This document shows, piece by piece, positions 1-10,985 of a stretch of DNA of 64,000 nt (position 1 is its first letter; every line of letters begins with the position of its first letter). The stretch is from the human T2T-CHM13v2.0 reference genome, Homo sapiens, in the NCBI RefSeq assembly GCF_009914755.1, contig NC_060948.1. One strand, 5' to 3'. The notes beneath the pieces are model-generated. The model was not told where the DNA came from and did not search any database. It saw nothing but the letters and a program-made list of their open reading frames with translations. The translations under genes and the position numbers were made by a program.

Positions 1-904
1 CTCCAACCTTTTTCTGTTTCTCCAATTAAAATAACTTTTTTAAGGTTTAATCTTCAGTAATTTTTTGTAGTAATATTTTTGAAGGTATTTGACCAGGATG
101 ATTTGCTTATATACCTACCTGACGTCTCCCTTTCTTCTGAATACATATTTTATTACCCACCTATTAGATCTAAGTTTAAGAAGTTGGAATAGGGATTTAA
201 ATCTAAATTCTACATTTGAATTTACAGGAGTCAGCGAGTCCGGGAAGTGCCTTTATGCACAGACCAATATCTGGCAATGGCACTAGGAGACAAATAAGCT
301 TTACCAGTCTCAAAGCCCTGGCTACTACAGTGAATCCACCCTTCTCCTGGATCTTATCTACTTCAGCAAAAGAAGGCCACCCACTAAACCAGGCCCTTGT
401 ACTTTGGGTGGAAACTCCTAAGTCCTCTAGTCTCCTCAAACAGACAGCCAGGCTGCCAATTTCCACAATAATAATTTCTATAGCACTGAGTCTTTGGTAG
501 CCTTGTAACTATAGCTACTGATGCTACAGTCTGGTCCCTGTATGATAAAACACCAGAGCAACAGAAACAAAAATATTGACTGAAGCCTTCTAAAATCTCT
601 CTAAATATACCTTCAATAAATATGGTTTTTTTTACAGAACGACTGCTTTCAGCTTCCTGAACTAACGCTTGGCCTTCGCTAGTTGTCACTGTTGAAATTG
701 ATTCAAAAGTGTACATTTAACATGAAAGTCAACACAGAATTTCATGTGTCAGCAACTAAAATTTTCAAAATGTTGCAAAATACAAATGTGAAACTGTATT
801 TGTGAAATTTACCATTCATTGAAATTATATTTTCATACCTACCCAGGCACAGAATTTTTTATAACTGTCTGCATGTTCTCCTCATGTGGGGGAAAAGCAG
901 CATC

Positions 905-1012
905 AGCAGGCAGAGGAATCCTTTGAAGCTGGAGGGAGAGGTTGCAGTGATCTGAGAGTTTGCCACTTGACTGCAGCCTGGATGACACAGTGAGACTCCA
1001 ACTGAAAAGAAA

Positions 1013-1016
<4 letters not shown>
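905..1016 (+). mobile_element. Alu 3' fragment (right arm end), present in all four units
   Basis: gaggttgcagtgatctgaga...gccact..ctgcagcctggatgacacagtgagactcc plus an A-rich tail grading into (CA)n. Confidence 0.75.
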
Positions 1017-1049
<33 letters not shown>

Positions 1050-1114
1050 CCAAAATTGATAAGTAAAAAAAAAATCCATATTCGAAAACATGCTCACAGG
1101 CTAACTCCCATATC

Positions 1115-1159
<45 letters not shown>
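1017..1159. repeat. Two (CA)n microsatellites, variable between units
   Basis: Hand counts: first tract 15/16/14/14 and second tract 21/19/20/23 in units 1-4. These agree with the coordinate offsets in the ORF track. Confidence 0.9.
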
Positions 1160-1161
<2 letters not shown>

Positions 1162-2291
1162 TCCTTGAAAACGAAAGTTCCACAAGGGCAAAACAAGAAA
1201 ACAAATTTAACACCCCCCAAAGAAAGTACAAAGAGTAACCTCAAAAGAACCGCAGGGGAAAACAATTCAAAATTTACAAGTATCTACCCTAAAAGAAGCT
1301 GAAAGTCCCTCAAAAACTTTCCAGAGGCCATGTCCTTGTATTACAAAAATGATCATAAAAACTGGCAGGAGTAGACGAATAGAAATGCATCTTAAAACTT
1401 GCTAAACCCTTCAAGTCTCCCATAAGAATTGTAATGGAAAATGGATCGGTCGGCAGCTTTTTCCATACAATTATGAACAAATTATATTTCTTCATACATA
1501 GATTTGTTTTTTCAATATTCTAAGGAATTAACTTTTATATTAATAGTAGGTGATGTAAGAAAGCAGGCCTTTATCAAGATAACTGACACTGGATGTCCAT
1601 ACCATTACTCAGGTGGGCCTTAATTCCCAGCCGGGTTCCCTCCCTGGACACACACTGAAGGTCCCCAGCCATTTGGCAATCTCTTCACATTCCCAGCCCT
1701 GGAGGTAGCCCTAAAATACATGTACCTGAAGAAAATAAAACATTGCCTCACACTGGAGCCCAGTGTGGTCCTCCAGATTCCGTGTGAGGTGGACTAACTT
1801 ATATGGGAAGGCAGGGCAGCGGGAGTGAGGATGGCAGAGAGGATTACACATGTCAAGGCAGCCGGGGTCATGGAAACAAAACATGACTGGCCTGGGAGAA
1901 ACACTGTGAAAGGACACAGACCTAGGTGGGCCTCAGGTGGACATCCTCGTGGAGAAAAAGGGGGCCCTGGTTGATCTCAAAATGAGCCCCAGGTGGTAGC
2001 AGGTCTTACCGCAGGGCAGGGAGCTGGCGAGTAATGATGAGACAGCTATCCCTTAAGCCCTGCTTGTCACCCACTGACTTTAGCCACATATGCATCATAG
2101 TGGCTTAAGGTGCCCCGATCCTGAAATGTGGGTGTTACATGTCCCTGATGGGCCTCTCTCCCCCAACCCACGGATTGCCTGGGATTGCTCACTGCAGTCT
2201 CCTCCCGGATCCTTGGGTTCTCCATGTGGGGCCCAGATCCAGGTCAAAAGGCCTCTCAGTTCCCAGCCCTTCCCAGCCCTAGGCTGCTCGC

Positions 2292-4868
2292 CTGGCCTCC
2301 TCTCTGTTCCGCCTCTAGGGCTGACCCTCTCTCCATGGGATAGAACTGCAATGGATTGAGCCATAGGCCCTGGCTGATGATCTAGGGGACTGCAGAAGTG
2401 GGTCCAGGACAGTTCAGGTGACAGTTCAAAGCCAATTCCCCAGAGACCAAGGAATGACCAGCTAGGTCCTTTCCCATGATGCCCCACGGCGAACCCCACC
2501 TCAGCAATCCTGCCAAAACCCGGGCAGTCATGTTCAGCCAAACAGCTGAATGAGCTCAGGTAGGAGGTGTACTGCCTGCAGCTGGAGGCTTGACCTTCGT
2601 GATCCCAGAACCGCTGGACTGCAGTGGAATGAGACACCCTGTAGCCTGCAGGGAGAGGAGTCAGGAAGGTTCATGCCAGTCCCACCCTCCCACACACCAG
2701 CTCCCCTACCATGCTGGGAGGCATTCCTTACCGAGGATGCCAACACAGTGCTCCTTCATGATGATTTCACTGTGGAAATAAAGGTTGGGATGAAAGGAAA
2801 TCATCCTGCCACCGGTAACCGGGATGGCTGAGTTCCTCCACCTGCCGGATCAAGGAGAAAGAGGATGGATTCAATGGGACCATCTCAACTAGCCGGGCTG
2901 AGGTGGCCTACTAGCTGTAGTGAACCATGAGTTTCCCCTTCCCAGCTCTCCCACTGAGACAACCCTGGTCCCCAGGGGGACCTCAAACTGACTCAGACAC
3001 TGGACTCCTCCCACAGACCCAGGCTCCCCAGCCTGACCTGCAAATCCATCACGTAGCAAAGCAGGACTTCCGCATGCTTTCCGACCCACGCCGACATCTC
3101 GTGTGCCAAACAATCTACCTCTGCGCAAGAACTCTCCAGAGGATTGGGTGGGCAAGCCTCGTGACGCCTTGCAATTTCGCAAGAACACAGACAATGTGGA
3201 ACAGGGCCATCTCCCAGACATTTGGCCAGTCACCCTTCATTGTTGGCCCTCTATCTCTGTCTGGCGAGGAGGCAACGCCACAACTGTGGTGGTTTTTGGA
3301 GTGGGTGGACCCCGGCCAAGACGGCCTGGGCTGACCAGAGACGGGAGGCAGAAAAAGTGGGCAGGTGGTTGCAGCTGAGGGACGGGAGGGACCGGGGGTG
3401 GTGTGAGGCGGCTGCTTCTCTGGGTTTCTGAGATGCAGGAGGCCTTTGTGTGCTGGGTGCTGGACATGCTCCGCTGATGTCCGGGTGTGTGGTGTCCTCT
3501 TATCCTAGTCTCCCTGAGGGGTGGGCCTGTCCACCTGAGGGAAGCCTTGTAGTTAGAAGCCACAGCAGGGTCGTGCCTGGCGCTCTCCAAGGGAATTGCG
3601 TGGGTCCAGAGGAAGTTATACAGGCTCAGGGCCTACACGCCTTTGAGTGCAGCGCCTGCAGTTGGATGAATGCGCATCTGCGGAGCTGGTGCCCGCCGTC
3701 AGGTGGTCGGCAGCCCCATGCGCCGCGAACCCGTCTTAAGCACCTTGCGTTTCTGGGGTGAGCCTGCTGGAAACAGGCACCGAGAGCAGGGGTGGTTCAA
3801 TGGCTGGTAATGGCATACAGATTCCCCGTCCTCCAGGGACGTTCCCAGGGAAACGCGTCCTTCGAATTTGGGCTGTGCGCAAAGGGACCTTGGCGCCGCG
3901 ATTCTCCCTTGTCAGTGCTGGCCCTGGCTCCCCTTCCCTACCACGTGCTCCCAGGGCTGCTACAAGCGAGCTGCCCTCACAGCTGCGGGAACGTGGCCTC
4001 GGCTCCCACGCTGTCCCCCATCCCCTGCCTCCTGGCTGACCCCACGTGCCTCCCACCTGGCTCCTCCCCGCAAACAGCCCCCATACCCCCCGAGGCCCGA
4101 TGACTATCCCCTGCTGCCCGCCATCCCAAATCGGCAGCCGCAAGGATATGGCTCTGGCTCACAAGGCGGAGATGCTCTGTGGCCTGGGGCATTCACGGAG
4201 CCCAGCTCCAAGTGAAGGACCTCCAGCGAGTCCATTGACGGCCCCGGTGTGCTCGGTCCAGGGCCAGGCTGTGCCCGCTGGCCCTCCTTCTGCCACCCCA
4301 CGTCGGGCTCCACCTCAACCACCACCTCCACCTCAGCCATGATGTCTTCCACCTTCAGCACCGCCTCCTCTTCCAAGGCCGCCTCCTTGCTCTGTACCCC
4401 GGCCGTCCTCTCCAGCATTGCCTCCAGCCTGAACACGGTTTTCTCCTGGGTGCTCCCACAGACCCTGGGCCTGCGCAGCCCAGCCCAGCCCAGCCCATGC
4501 CCCGCACCCGTAGGCTCTGGGGGCCCGCTCCCCAGCAGACCCGCTCCCTGCAAGACCCACGGGCGTCGCCCTGCTGTGAACCTGGTCCCACACCTACGTG
4601 GACCCAGGTTTCCTGAGGAGCTCCGCTGGACCCGCAGATCCCGCACTGGCCAAAGGGCTCCGGTCCCCAGCAGGCTCAACTGCGCACAGGAGCTCGGGAG
4701 CCAGAGGCCCCGGCCCTGGGCTTGCAGAGCCCCACCAACAGGCACCGCAACCGCTGCTGCGGGTGCGGGAGCCTCTGGGTCGTCAAGGCAGCGCACAACA
4801 GCGTGCGTGCAGGCCGACAATGGCCAACCCTGGCGGCTGGCCTCTGGTGTGCCCAGGGCATAGGACAA
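2292..4868 (-). pseudogene. FAM197Y: Inverted degenerate TSPY-derived gene (FAM197Y/CYorf16-type), unit 1
   Basis: The exon-1 homologue lies in ORF 4104-4868 ([39 protein letters not shown]...LELGSVNA vs [43 protein letters not shown]...VELEPVNA). Exon-2 homologue 3114-3038, exon-3 2841-2732, exon-4 2645-2500 (SHSTAVQRFWDHE...RIAE), exon-5 from 2381 (IISQGLWLNPLQFY). Exons 2 and 3 are frameshifted. The symbol comes from the known opposite-strand transcription unit in this array. Confidence 0.85.
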
Positions 4869-6100
4869 GAGGCCCTTTGGAATGCTCCTTGGAGTACAGC
4901 ATCCTCAGGGAGGAAGCATGGTACTCGGAGCCTCTATTTGCCTCGACCTGTGAGAGTGTGTGCCGGGGCTCTGGCCTCTACAGCAGATCAATTCCACCTC
5001 AGCACCGGCAGGCGACTTTCCTCCCACGTGCCCGCCCCGATCACTTCCCCCAGGACACCCCTGCCGCCCTAGCCCCAGCAACCAGAGAGAGTTCTCTGCA
5101 TCTGCTGTATTACCTCCGTACCATCTACCTGGCCTGCCTAACGAAGAGAGATGTTTCCTGTGTTCATGACACATAGAGATGTTCATGGCTTGCCACACTG
5201 AGGATGTCAGGGCACAGGGCTGCCATGCCCACAATTCCAAAGGCCACGCAGCCCGCGTGTGCCCGGATGCCTAGCTACCCGGCACAAGCTCCAAGGGCTT
5301 CTCGGAGGAGGCTTGGGCAGGGAAGGCGGGGGGTGGGGGGGCTGGAGATGCAGGCCCGCCAGTGGCTGTGCCGCCCAGGGAGACGCCCACCGCCCTCCCA
5401 TTGACTGGCCACGACGGGAGGAAGTCGGCCTGGGTGCGGCCCCCCGGCCCTTCGCGCGCAGTCCCTTAGGGGGCGCCTGGAAGCCCGGCGCATGCGCCCT
5501 GAGGGCTCGCTGACCTACCGGGTGCCAGAGAGGCTGCGGCAGGGTTTCTGTGGCGTGGGTCGGGCAGCACAGGCCTTGGTGTGTGCGAGTGCCAAGGAGG
5601 GCACCGCCTTCAGGATGGAGGCTGTACAGGAGGGGGCGGCCGGGGTGGAGAGTGAGCAGGCGGCTTTGGGGGAGGAGGCGGTGCTGCTGTTGGATGACAT
5701 AATGGCGGAGGTGGAGGTGGTGGCGGAGGTGGAGGTGGTGGCGGAGGAGGAGGGCCTCGTGGAGCGGCGGGAGGAGGCCCAGCGGGCACAGCAGGCTGTG
5801 CCTGGCCCTGGGCCCATGACCCCAGAGTCTGCACTGGAGGAGCTGCTGGCCGTTCAGGTGGAGCTGGAGCCGGTTAATGCCCAAGCCAGGAAGGCCTTTT
5901 CTCGGCAGCGGGAAAAGATGGAGCGGAGGCGCAAGCCCCACCTAGACCGCAGAGGCGCCGTCATCCAGAGCGTCCCTGGCTTCTGGGCCAATGTTGTATC
6001 CTTCTCAGTGTTTCTTCGGCCTTTCTAGTGGAGAGGTGCTCTCGGGGAAGTGTAAGTGACCGATGGGCAGCTCGGCGTCGATGTGACTCTTTGGGGAACA
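3560..6100. promoter_or_regulatory. GC/CpG-rich island covering the divergent 5' ends of the FAM197Y-like gene and TSPY, with the TSPY promoter immediately upstream of 5492 (copies ~23840-26360 and ~44110-46650)
   Basis: CpG density is visibly high compared with the AT-rich flanks. There is a G-rich tract at 5315-5342 and no obvious TATA box before the ATG. Edges estimated by eye. Confidence 0.65.
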
Positions 6101-8072
6101 AAGGGGAGTTGCAACGGACCAGTGTGGCTGTGGAAAGCCGGAGCAGGCGTGGGTACTATTGTCCTGCATGCGGCAGAGAAACCCTTGGTGATGCCGAGCA
6201 GCAGACGTTTGGGGCATCTTTTTGAAGAGCAGAAGCGAGTTCAGAGCGGAAGAGGTTTTTCAGTGAATGAAGCTATTTTTAAGGGAGTGTGATTGCTGCC
6301 CCTTGCTAGTCCGATCTGGGACTGGGCGTCTTCGGCTATAAGCAGATTCTGCCACTCCTCAGACACCAGCAAGTCTCTGCAAATCGCGCCTCCCCATGTC
6401 AGTGCAGTCAGCCTCAGAATCATACACCCTCTGTGAACACAGGAGGCCTTAGTTTACGGGGACGGGGAGGCGAAAGGAGATCATACATGGAAGCAGATCT
6501 GAGAAATCCCCTACCCCAGCCTCTGGGTGCTCTTAGGCCTTCTTCCCTGTTGCTCCTCGCTTTCCCTTCCATCGTGTGTAAAGTCTCTTTGACCTAAATC
6601 AGATTGCAAACCACCCCCAGATGTCAGCCCTGATCACTGACGAAGATGAAGACATGCTGAGCTACATGGTCAGCCTGGAGGTGAGGCCAGGAAGACTGGG
6701 GCTAGAGGGTTTAGCGGGGGAGGGTAAGGGAAATAATTCATTCCTGTAAGCAAGAGTGAGCACCTCACCCGAAAACCTATCTAAGCTTTCTCCACCTTGT
6801 CCTGACAGGTGGGAGAAGAGAAGCATCCTGTTCATCTCTGCAAGATCATGTTGTTCTTTCGGAGTAACCCCTACTTCCAGAATAAAGTGATTACCAAGGA
6901 ATATCTGGTGAACATCACAGGTGACAGGTGGCTCCCAGGATGGGTAGTGGAAGGAAGATGGTGGGTGGATCATTGCCAACGGGATCCAGCCCCCTTCCCA
7001 CAAAAACTCCTGTCTCTGTAGAATACAGGGCTTCTCATTCCACTCCAATTGAGTGGTATCCGGATTATGAAGTGGAGGCCTATCGCCGCAGACACCACAA
7101 CAGCAGCCTTAACTTCTTCAACTGGTTCTCTGACCACAACTTCGCAGGATCTAACAAGATTGCTGAGGTGAGTCCTCACTGGGAAACATGAGGAATGACC
7201 CCGTGTGTTCCCAGCTGCTTGGGTCACCTTTCTGAGCCCTGATGAGGCCTTTCCCGATTGAGTCCCCTGACAGATCCTATGTAAGGACCTGTGGCGCAAT
7301 CCCCTGCAATACTACAAGAGGATGAAGCCACCTGAAGAGGGAACAGAGACGTCAGGTGAGCCGTTAGTTGGCACTGGAGCTGTTTGATGCCCAGTATAAG
7401 GGGGTTGACACACCTGCCTATTCAGGGAGCCTGGGTGCTCATTTCAGAAATGTAGAAATTGAGGCTCCTTTCGTACATGTAGAAATTCCTTGAGAGGAAG
7501 ACAGAGAGTGACAGAATCCAGGACGTTCATGGCATTGGGCTGAAAAGGCACGTTAGAGACTGCACTGCAAAGCGGGTGATAGCTGTGGAGTCTTAAGCCC
7601 AGTGAAGAATCGTCCATTTCCAGAATCAATGAGAAGTAAAGCTGAAAATCATTCAGTTCAGTCTGTGGCACTTGATTCCACGGCTGTCAACCCCACCGGC
7701 AGTCATCCCACCAACCCCATGAGATTGGGCTCCCTGAATGTGCGTCCTGGTCATCCTTGCCCCAAACCACAAAGGACTGTTTAGATTGATGGATTTCCTT
7801 AAGCTGTTGCCCCATCAGACTTGTGTGTGCTTTTAGGGCCCAGTGCATCTTGTTAGCTGACTCCCCTCACAGACAATACTGGGAATGGGGCAGGGATTGC
7901 GCAGAACAGTTTGTAACACGTGGTAGGAGGAAGTTTAAGGGATCACAAATGGGGAAGGGATATCCTTTTCTCAGCGGGCCCCACAATTGAAACATTTCAA
8001 AGTATGGCTCAGAGAAAATGCGTTTTAACATGAGTTTGTGTTTCTCTAGGGGACTCCCAGTTGTTGAGTTGA
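5492..8072 (+). CDS. TSPY: Testis-specific Y-encoded protein (SET/NAP family), copy 1, six exons, 314 aa
   Basis: Exons 5492-5995, 6603-6680, 6809-6920, 7022-7167, 7274-7355 and 8050-8072 (504+78+112+146+82+23 = 945 nt), all introns GT..AG. Spliced translation [18 protein letters not shown]...FWANV|[26 protein letters not shown]|[12 protein letters not shown]...NKIAE|[28 protein letters not shown]|DSQLLS* is the known TSPY protein. Confidence 0.97.
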
Positions 8073-8242
8073 ATATGATGGAGCATCAGATTTTACCTAA
8101 TACAGCAGAACTCCTAAAAAGTTACAGCCATATGCAGGACGGCAGTACTCAGCATGGTCTTATGCACAGGAACTAAAGGAAAAAGAGATCGAGTCACAAA
8201 AATTCAGGAAGAGGGGGTAAATGTGGATTGTATGGAATGAAA

Positions 8243-8248
8243 AATAAA
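8243..8248 (+). terminator. TSPY polyadenylation signal AATAAA followed by a GT-rich downstream element (copies 28507-28512 and 48790-48795)
   Basis: AATAAA lies ~170 nt after the stop codon and is followed by TG-rich tracts at ~8260-8326. Confidence 0.75.
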
Positions 8249-8276
8249 CATTCTCAAGGATGTGTGACTCTGTGTC

Positions 8277-8326
8277 TGTGTGTGTGTGTGTGTGTCTTTG
8301 AGTTTGTGTGTGTGTGTGTGTGTGTA
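8277..8326. repeat. Interrupted (TG)n microsatellite downstream of the TSPY polyA signal
   Basis: Directly visible; same length in units 1-3. Confidence 0.85.
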
Positions 8327-10985
8327 TGTTTATCCACTTTATTCGGGTGTCATAATGAATTGATCAATCCACGTGCTTTATTCTCTTCATGGAAATAACC
8401 AGTCTGCGTTGGAGCTGGGCCTCTAAAGTTGTAGAGTGAATGGGTGTGGGATGTGTTGGGATTCTTCCTACAGGACAGAGTGGGAGAGGTAAAAGCAAAA
8501 GACAGCTTAGTTGGAGGCTGACTTCGTCCTGTGGAAGCAGAGATAGTTCAAGGAAAGGGGTTACTGGGTTTCCAGGGCCCAGTTTGCTGGGACCTCCAAA
8601 ATCCTTCATTTTGGGTATCATCATACACAGTAGCTAAGCACAGGATGATGGAAATCTTAAAGTTCGCTTTCGTGTTGAATCCACATGTTCTTTTAAAGGT
8701 GAATGCATGATCCTTTTCTGGGACAATCAGCCTCTCAGGACTTCTGAAACATCAACGTGAGAAGAAATGGGCATGCAAGGTGTATGGAGGGACTGTGGGA
8801 AAGGTGACAGAGGCATGTGGGAAGGCATTCAGCATACGCTTTTGGTAGAGATGACTAAGGGAAAACAGAAACTTACAGAAGTGAGGGGAAAGGGGGTGGA
8901 TTAGTGGAATATAAGATTGTTGGAGAATCCATCCATGGACTCTCTTGTCACTTGATGACCCAGGATATGGACACTCTTGTTGATGTTTACATCTTTAGTT
9001 GTTTTAAGCTTTTCTCCAAGATTCTGTGTTAGGTGAGGAGCCAATAACGTATGTAGCTAACAACAGTACGAGTGCATTTTGTGCTCTTGCAAAGTCTAGT
9101 GAGGCTCTATTCTCCCTCGTGATTGGCACTGCAGATTGTATCTGGAGCCCAGGGCCCCTAAATTTTCTGTGGCCTCTTCAGCATAGTTTGCCTAAGGTTT
9201 AGAACGTAAAGCGAATATAGTTGCGGAATATGTTTTGCAAGCCTCACACAGGAGGACAAAACATACAGCTTTCATTCGCGAGTGGGAGGCTGCTTCCCAG
9301 GAACACGTGTGTCTGCACAAGACAAGGGGTTGCCTCTGTCAAGGATGGGGCAGGAGGATTTCAGTGTCGGAGGCAGAACTTTCTTTCCTGTTCCCAGATG
9401 AAACAGTTCCAACACGAGCATCCATGTTGACCACACGCTACTAGAGTGCTAACATTGCTGTCCCGTATAGACTCTGGTCAGCACAGCTTCTGTGAGAAGA
9501 GCTATGTTGTTTCAGGGAAGAGGGTTTGACAGTCAAAGTTCCTGAATCTGTTGTGGTGCCTGCAATATGCATTCTACCCCTCCTGCTCGGTGTCAAAGCA
9601 GTTGAGCTTTGAAAATCTATCGCCCGGTTTTGTCCCTGCTCCTATGCAGACCTCTGAAGCTCTGGAGCGGGAGTCTTGTCCTCCTCTGACTACCGTCCCC
9701 CTGACCCACAAACACAGGAGAAACAGGTGTTCTAAGCAAATTATTCTGAAAACAGTCGGAACCCTTTGGCCCCCTCAAGCTGCCCTGTATCCTACTGTGT
9801 GCATGTCAAAGACACTGTGGTCCAGTACGGTATCCCTATAGCGGCAATGGGGCAACAGATTGGTGTGTGCACTCTGGGCAACTCAGATTAGGAAACGTCT
9901 GGGGACTTGCCTATAACGAGGTCGTCTTAAAACGTGTTGCCCCAAATTTAAGGCATAGGAAAATGTTGAGGAAAGGGTCTTGCAATGATTTTTCTAGGAG
10001 GTAAATAGATAAGAAAATGACCGTAAATAGATGCCAGGGCTAGTTTTGGAGCTAGCCTGTTTTAAAGTGGTGGTAGGGGAGGAGCTTTTTCCAAGGCAGG
10101 TAGCAAACCAGGAACTGTCTACGATGGATGGGCGTGCCACGGGTTGGTGGCTCAGCCATATTGCCACCCCACCGAGTGAATGCAGCAGACTGGGCTTCTT
10201 CCTTGAATCCTACGTGCAATTCAGTCTAGTGATTTCACATGAGATCCCTTCTTCTGGTATTATCACAGATCGTGCTGAATTATACAGGCTGTGTAATGCT
10301 TCTTCCACTGAATATCCGTGCACGTGGGCCACAGATGCTAAGGGCACTGACAAATTTGCACCGTGCCTCAGTAACTCGGAAGCACATCTGTGATTTGTAC
10401 CGACAGGGACTTGGTGTCTTTTCGTGTTTAAAGTAGCACGTGTGTGTTTGTGGTTGCGTATGTTTATTTCTCTGTGCGGGTTTGTATATTTTCTCTGACT
10501 CCACCTGTGTCTCCGTGGTTCCGATATTTTTCCACACTCCCTGCGACAATTTGCACATGCCTATCTCTACAACCATTGTAGACTTTGTATCTGTGTCTTT
10601 GAACATCTGTCACTCTCTCTCCCTTCCTTTTTTCTTTTCCTTCCTTTACACCCCTTTCATCCTTCCCTTGCTTCCCCACCACACTCTCTCCATCTGTATC
10701 GTCTATGTTTCTATTCTCTATCTGGGTTTACTTTCTAATTCTGAATTCAAGGGCATTGAATTGAAAAGAAGCACTCTTCGTACTTTTATGTGTTTTAACT
10801 CATTTGGGGAATTTGGCGTGGTATTATTTACAGGGTTCTCTCTGCCCTTTCTCATTGTTCTCCCCAGCCGGGGCTGTTATTATGTGAAAGCTGGTTTCCT
10901 TCATCACATCGCGTAGGCTCTAATGATGTTTCGTTTATTTTGATTCTCCTCACACTACATAGTTTTAATTTACCTAATGTGACTC

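Noticed and set aside
839-1238. ORFs with CVCVCV or HTHTHT runs
   Set aside because: They are translations of (CA)n microsatellites and their frames differ between units.
2732-3114. The -1 and -2 nt exon deletions in the relic might compensate and restore a protein
   Set aside because: The shifted frame meets a TGA inside the exon-2 homologue, so no full-length product results.
5207-5941. Long antisense ORFs over TSPY exon 1 (244 aa His/Leu-rich; poly-Pro)
   Set aside because: These are shadow frames of GC-rich GAG/GTG-repeat coding sequence, with no independent evidence.
5492-6028. The 178-aa single-exon ORF as the complete gene
   Set aside because: It is exon 1 read through into intron 1. 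The spliced six-exon model gives the known full-length TSPY protein.
8970-8984. 15-nt inverted match to ~16365-16379 (GACACTCTTGTTGAT)
   Set aside because: The flanks do not align, and one 15-mer match is plausible by chance within a 20 kb unit.
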